A DNA stretch of 60,117 nt, taken from positions 1 through 60,117 of the IMG/VR virus record IMGVR_UViG_3300042310_000265; one strand, written 5' to 3'. Positions 54,568-60,117 of the stretch are shown in pieces. The notes beneath the pieces are model-generated. The model was given only the letters and a program-made list of their open reading frames with translations. It made no database searches and had not been told where the DNA came from. The first letter of the stretch is position 1, and each line of letters begins with the position of its first letter. This DNA is from a virus. Taxonomy: Duplodnaviria; Caudoviricetes. A program made the translations under genes and the position numbers.

Positions 54568-55545
54568 ATGGAAAAATTATCACCACTTGAACAAAATGCG
54601 GCGAAGCAATTGGAGTCATTTGACCCATTTGCCAACCTTCCAATCCCCGGCTTTTCTTTGAAAAAGTATGAGCGAGATAAGGCAAAAGAAGCAGAAGCGA
54701 AAAAACAAGCAGAAGAACCAAAAAAAGAAGAACCTGTGAAAAAAACACAAAAAGAAAAAAAGCCTGCTCGCAAAGTAAAGTTGGAATCTGTCCTTCCTCC
54801 AGAACCAGAAAACATCAAGGCTGAATCGCAAGATAATCCGATTATTGAATCGCGAAATCCCGAAGGAATGCCTAGTTATCGTTGTGAATTTGCAGGCAGA
54901 GACATCTTTGTTGGACTGCTTTCATACAAGACCACAAATCCCGTAACTGCGATGGTATTGACGGCACTTGCGCTTGATTTTGGACGAGACAAAATCCGTT
55001 TTGATCTTGAGTTGGGCAATTCCATGATCTATCAGGCGCGAAATCGTCTCGCCGCAAAGTTCCTCGAAACTGACGCTCGGTGGATGCTCATGCTGGATGA
55101 TGACATGATCCCGTGCATTGGGCGACCAGCATGGATGCGTCATTGGGTTCCTTCCGCTCGCAATGTGTTGGATTTGCCTCTCCAGAGGCACATCATACAT
55201 AAGCTAGTTGGAGACAATAAAAACATCGTTGGCGCGGCTTATTTCGAGCGCAGAGAAGGTGCTGGATTAGTTTGCTCTGATCAGTCCCTAGTGCCTCGCG
55301 CAAAAAACTACGAAGATGCCGTTGTAGAGGTTGATTGGTTAGGCACAGGCGCAATGCTGGTTCACCGACGAGTATTTGAAGATATTGCTAAAACTTATCC
55401 AGAAATTGATGGAAACTTCTTCCATCCAATTGATGGAAAAACTGGCGAAGATATTTCGTTTTGCATTCGCGCTAAAAAAGCGGGTCATGCAACTTTCATC
55501 GATCTTTCCGTTCCAACCTTCCATGTCGGATACAAGACATACTAA
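54568..55545 (+). CDS. glycosyltransferase, GT-A fold (GT2-like)
   Basis: ARN..A..FL, LMLDDDM (DxD), GTGAMLVHRRVF, GEDISFC. Confidence 0.8.
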   Translation: MEKLSPLEQNAAKQLESFDPFANLPIPGFSLKKYERDKAKEAEAKKQAEEPKKEEPVKKTQKEKKPARKVKLESVLPPEPENIKAESQDNPIIESRNPEGMPSYRCEFAGRDIFVGLLSYKTTNPVTAMVLTALALDFGRDKIRFDLELGNSMIYQARNRLAAKFLETDARWMLMLDDDMIPCIGRPAWMRHWVPSARNVLDLPLQRHIIHKLVGDNKNIVGAAYFERREGAGLVCSDQSLVPRAKNYEDAVVEVDWLGTGAMLVHRRVFEDIAKTYPEIDGNFFHPIDGKTGEDISFCIRAKKAGHATFIDLSVPTFHVGYKTY

Positions 55546-56123
55546 TGAAAAATATCTACGCTTACTACGAGTCGATTCAGGCAAAGGATCAGGCTTTAGA
55601 ATTCTCAAAAGCCAATCTCTGGAAAGACAGTTGGACTCGTGCAGGATGGAATCCCGTGATGCTAAATTCAAGTCATTCGCAAATCTCTCCGCAACGAATT
55701 AAAATTACTAAAAAACTGCTTCAGACCTATCCTTTGTTGAACAAAGAAAAGAACGAGTCACAAGAATTAATTCAAGCTAGATTCAATCGAATTTGTGCGC
55801 TCCATGCCGCAGGTGGAGGATGGATTAGCGACTATGATGTTTTGAATTATGGATTCACTCCATCGATTGCTACTGCACACGAAGGAAATTCGTTTGTGAT
55901 TAGCGGAAACCCGGCTTGCGTAATATTTATTTCAAAAGAAATCTGCAATGCCGCAATGACAAAAATTTGGAATGAAGAATTAATTACGGAAGATGGATTG
56001 ATGCGCTACGAGGCAGATTTCTTCAATCCATTTTTGAACCTAGACATAGATGCTTTGGAACACACAAAAGATTTTAATTTGATGAAAGAAAAATTTTCAA
56101 AAAAATTTACTAGTTCTATTTGA
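55545..56123 (+). CDS. putative DxD glycosyltransferase (GT32-like)
   Basis: W..SW...GW...R..ALHAAGGGWISDYDV. Confidence 0.55.
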   Translation: MKNIYAYYESIQAKDQALEFSKANLWKDSWTRAGWNPVMLNSSHSQISPQRIKITKKLLQTYPLLNKEKNESQELIQARFNRICALHAAGGGWISDYDVLNYGFTPSIATAHEGNSFVISGNPACVIFISKEICNAAMTKIWNEELITEDGLMRYEADFFNPFLNLDIDALEHTKDFNLMKEKFSKKFTSSI

Positions 56124-56147
56124 CACTAAAAAAAAATAGTGTATTAG
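56120..56147 (+). promoter_or_regulatory. putative promoter for capsid operon
   Basis: TTGACA-16nt-TATTAG with inverted repeat ACACTA/TAGTGT. Confidence 0.5.
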
Positions 56148-56356
56148 ACGAAGCATACTGCGAAGTGTAGAAGCGTTATTCTGCGGTCAATACAAAGACC
56201 ATAAAAATTGTAAATCAGGCCGAAAAACGCCCAGCGTAGCCGGGGCATACAAACTAAACTTTAGCCGTAACAGGCTATAAAATATTTGTTGCCCCGATAG
56301 TTTTTGACTAGAGGGGAAACCAAGAAACCAAAACCTCAAACTAGAAAACTAAACAT

Positions 56357-57565
56357 ATGTCAGATTGTATTTCACTCGCCGCAGTTCAAAACTTCGCGGC
56401 TAAAGATGTCAACCGCATCATCGGTCAGATTGGCCGTGTGCTTGCTCGTAAATCCCCTTACATCAACTCGATTGATGGTGGCACTCTTCCGAATGTTTCG
56501 GATGTAGTTCGCTCGGTGGTTCAAGAGATGGCAGTTCCTGCCGCTTCGCTTGCCTCGCCTAGCTTCGCTAACGATACGACCCTCTGCGGCGTTGGTGCTA
56601 CTCCCGATCAAGTTGGCTCGACTGAATATCAGTTCCAGCTTCAGACCCTGCGTGGTGCTGGTCCTCGCGTATGCGTGAAGACCTCCCGAACCGCTTTCAA
56701 GGGTTCCTACCTTCAGGCTCAAATTTCGCTTGAGAAGACCATTCTCCAGCTTATCAATGCCGATATTCGGTATCAGTATTTAATTCAGAGTGGCATCAAG
56801 TATGTGAGCAACAGCACACGCACTTTCACCCAGAATCTTACTGGCGATATGCAGGCAATCAATACCCAGTTCGCTACTGGCATTCTTCCTGATAGCCCAA
56901 TGAACTTCAAGACTCTCTACCGCATTGGCACTTTCCTTCGCGAAGAGATGCTTGCCGAGCCTTTTGGTTCCAAGGATGGCGAATTCTTCCAAGTCATGGC
57001 ATCCGCCGATCAGATCGAGGCTTTCCGCAACGATGCTGATGTCAAAGAAGACCTCGTTGCTCTTACGACTGGTAGCTTCAAGCTCGGTGAAGATTCCATA
57101 AAAGGTTATCAGTTCTTTGGTTATCGCGGGTTCGCTTTCGGCATCGATCAGCAACCTCTTCGCGCCTCTGGCTACGATGTTTCTGGCAATTTGGTTCTCA
57201 TCAACCCAATCACCTCGACTGCCGTTACCAATGGCTTCGCTCAACGCCGCAATCCTGCATGGGTTGCCGCCCAATACGAAGTCATGTTTGTCATTGCTGG
57301 TGAGGCTTTCAAGCGTCTTGTGCCTGAAACCTATACTGGCGAAGGAACCTTCCGTTTCGCTCCGCAACTTGCTATGGGTGAACTGGAATGGACTTATTTC
57401 CGCGACAACGACTGCAACTTGTATGGTGATTTCGGTCAGCACATCTATCAAATTAGCCGTGCTATTCAGCCGATTCGCCCACAGAATGTGTGCGCTATCC
57501 TCTATAAGCGTTGTCCTTATGATGGTATGCCACTTCCCTGCTCGACCTCGGTTGGTGGTCTGTAA
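56357..57565 (+). CDS. major capsid protein
   Basis: 402 aa, strongly biased codon use (TTC, AAC, CGC/CGT), own leader and 3' hairpin, downstream of scaffold gene. Confidence 0.7.
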   Translation: MSDCISLAAVQNFAAKDVNRIIGQIGRVLARKSPYINSIDGGTLPNVSDVVRSVVQEMAVPAASLASPSFANDTTLCGVGATPDQVGSTEYQFQLQTLRGAGPRVCVKTSRTAFKGSYLQAQISLEKTILQLINADIRYQYLIQSGIKYVSNSTRTFTQNLTGDMQAINTQFATGILPDSPMNFKTLYRIGTFLREEMLAEPFGSKDGEFFQVMASADQIEAFRNDADVKEDLVALTTGSFKLGEDSIKGYQFFGYRGFAFGIDQQPLRASGYDVSGNLVLINPITSTAVTNGFAQRRNPAWVAAQYEVMFVIAGEAFKRLVPETYTGEGTFRFAPQLAMGELEWTYFRDNDCNLYGDFGQHIYQISRAIQPIRPQNVCAILYKRCPYDGMPLPCSTSVGGL

Positions 57566-57578
57566 GTGAATTGATAAC

Positions 57579-57608
57579 GAGGGAATCAGATTAAGTTCTG
57601 GTTCCCTC
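57579..57608 (+). terminator. stem-loop after capsid gene (terminator or stabiliser)
   Basis: GAGGGAATCAGA-TTAAGT-TCTGGTTCCCTC, 12-bp stem with one G-U; weak U tract. Confidence 0.55.
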
Positions 57609-57632
57609 TAATCAGTTTAACTTATTAATCCT

Positions 57633-57884
57633 ATGGCAAACTTACCTCCTATCCTTGATACTGCCGATTTCAGGCATTTAGTTCTTGAAAATCTTAATAT
57701 TTTAAAAGGTTTTCAAATTCCAGAATATGATGAACTAGCGTTGACATACTATGGATCAACGAATAACATTGCGACTGTTGTTTACAAAAAAGATTCTACA
57801 TCTGTTGCTACGCTTACGCTGACTTATTCTGTTCAGCCTCCAGTTTCTAATGATGCAAACCTTGTTAATGTAGCAATATCTTAA
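57633..57884 (+). CDS. small virion-associated protein
   Basis: [18 protein letters not shown]...VATLTLTY beta-rich pattern. Confidence 0.6.
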   Translation: MANLPPILDTADFRHLVLENLNILKGFQIPEYDELALTYYGSTNNIATVVYKKDSTSVATLTLTYSVQPPVSNDANLVNVAIS

Positions 57885-57885
57885 T

Positions 57886-59765
<1,880 letters not shown>

Positions 59766-59769
<4 letters not shown>

Positions 59770-60117
59770 AATTAACCGATTCCAATGCAGGAGAGGTTGG
59801 GACTAGTAATGTAACTGCAATTGCGTCTGCAACTGCGGCGTTTCGCCAATTCATGTGCTACTCCGCGACGACGATTTCGCAAGCGATTACTGGCACAACT
59901 GGATTGGTTAAGAATGGCGCGGCACAGCTCACGCTTTCGGGAACTTGCAATTACACGGGGCAAACGCAAATAAACGCTGGAACGCTTGAAGTTACAGGCG
60001 CATCAACGCTCAACGGAGTAATTAGTGGATCAGGAACATTAAGAAAAACTGGAACGGCAGTTTTAACAATAGGTGGGAACAATACTTATTCTGGAGGAAC
60101 ATCGTTTGTTTCGGGAG
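59766..60117 (+). CDS. protein with autotransporter-associated beta-strand (PATR) repeats, 3' truncated; not in ORF track
   Basis: ATGA overlap at 59766; [29 protein letters not shown] and [23 protein letters not shown]; open to window end. Confidence 0.75.

Overview
Near-complete genome of a ~60 kb tailed dsDNA phage with podovirus-like (P22/T7-style) morphogenesis. All credible genes are on the + strand and the contig appears to be broken inside a fibre gene that carries autotransporter-associated (PATR) repeats. Gene order: lysis cassette; collagen-like and glycine-rich fibre genes; head-tail adaptor with a large insertion; nozzle; ejection/internal-virion cluster; ~2990-aa polyvalent protein; initiator-like tRNA-Met; early genes with repeated promoter-leader modules; recombination (SSAP plus PD-(D/E)XK nuclease); lambda-like replication (DUF1376 initiator with internal repeats, DnaC-like loader); TerS; accessory glycosyltransferase/MazG/methyltransferase/dCMP deaminase block; TerL; portal; scaffold; tRNA-Leu; two glycosyltransferases; major capsid protein; second collagen-like fibre. 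I recognised no integrase or DNA polymerase. The best candidate for an undescribed system is the ejection module at 14-29.4 kb. It has five MGG-starting low-complexity proteins, three ending in a conserved F-[ST]-[LM]-P-x4-[LI]-x-F-G-G-x tail, interleaved with a PAPS-reductase-like PP-loop enzyme and a CxxCxxCC protein. It ends in a giant protein whose effector modules (GNAT-like, ADP-ribosyltransferase-like) are separated by six [QRN]-[FY]-[LM]-P-[ASE]-E motifs downstream of an HExxH metallopeptidase. The genome also appears to avoid CCWGG, GCWGC and ACGT. All family calls are from motif recognition by eye, not database searches.
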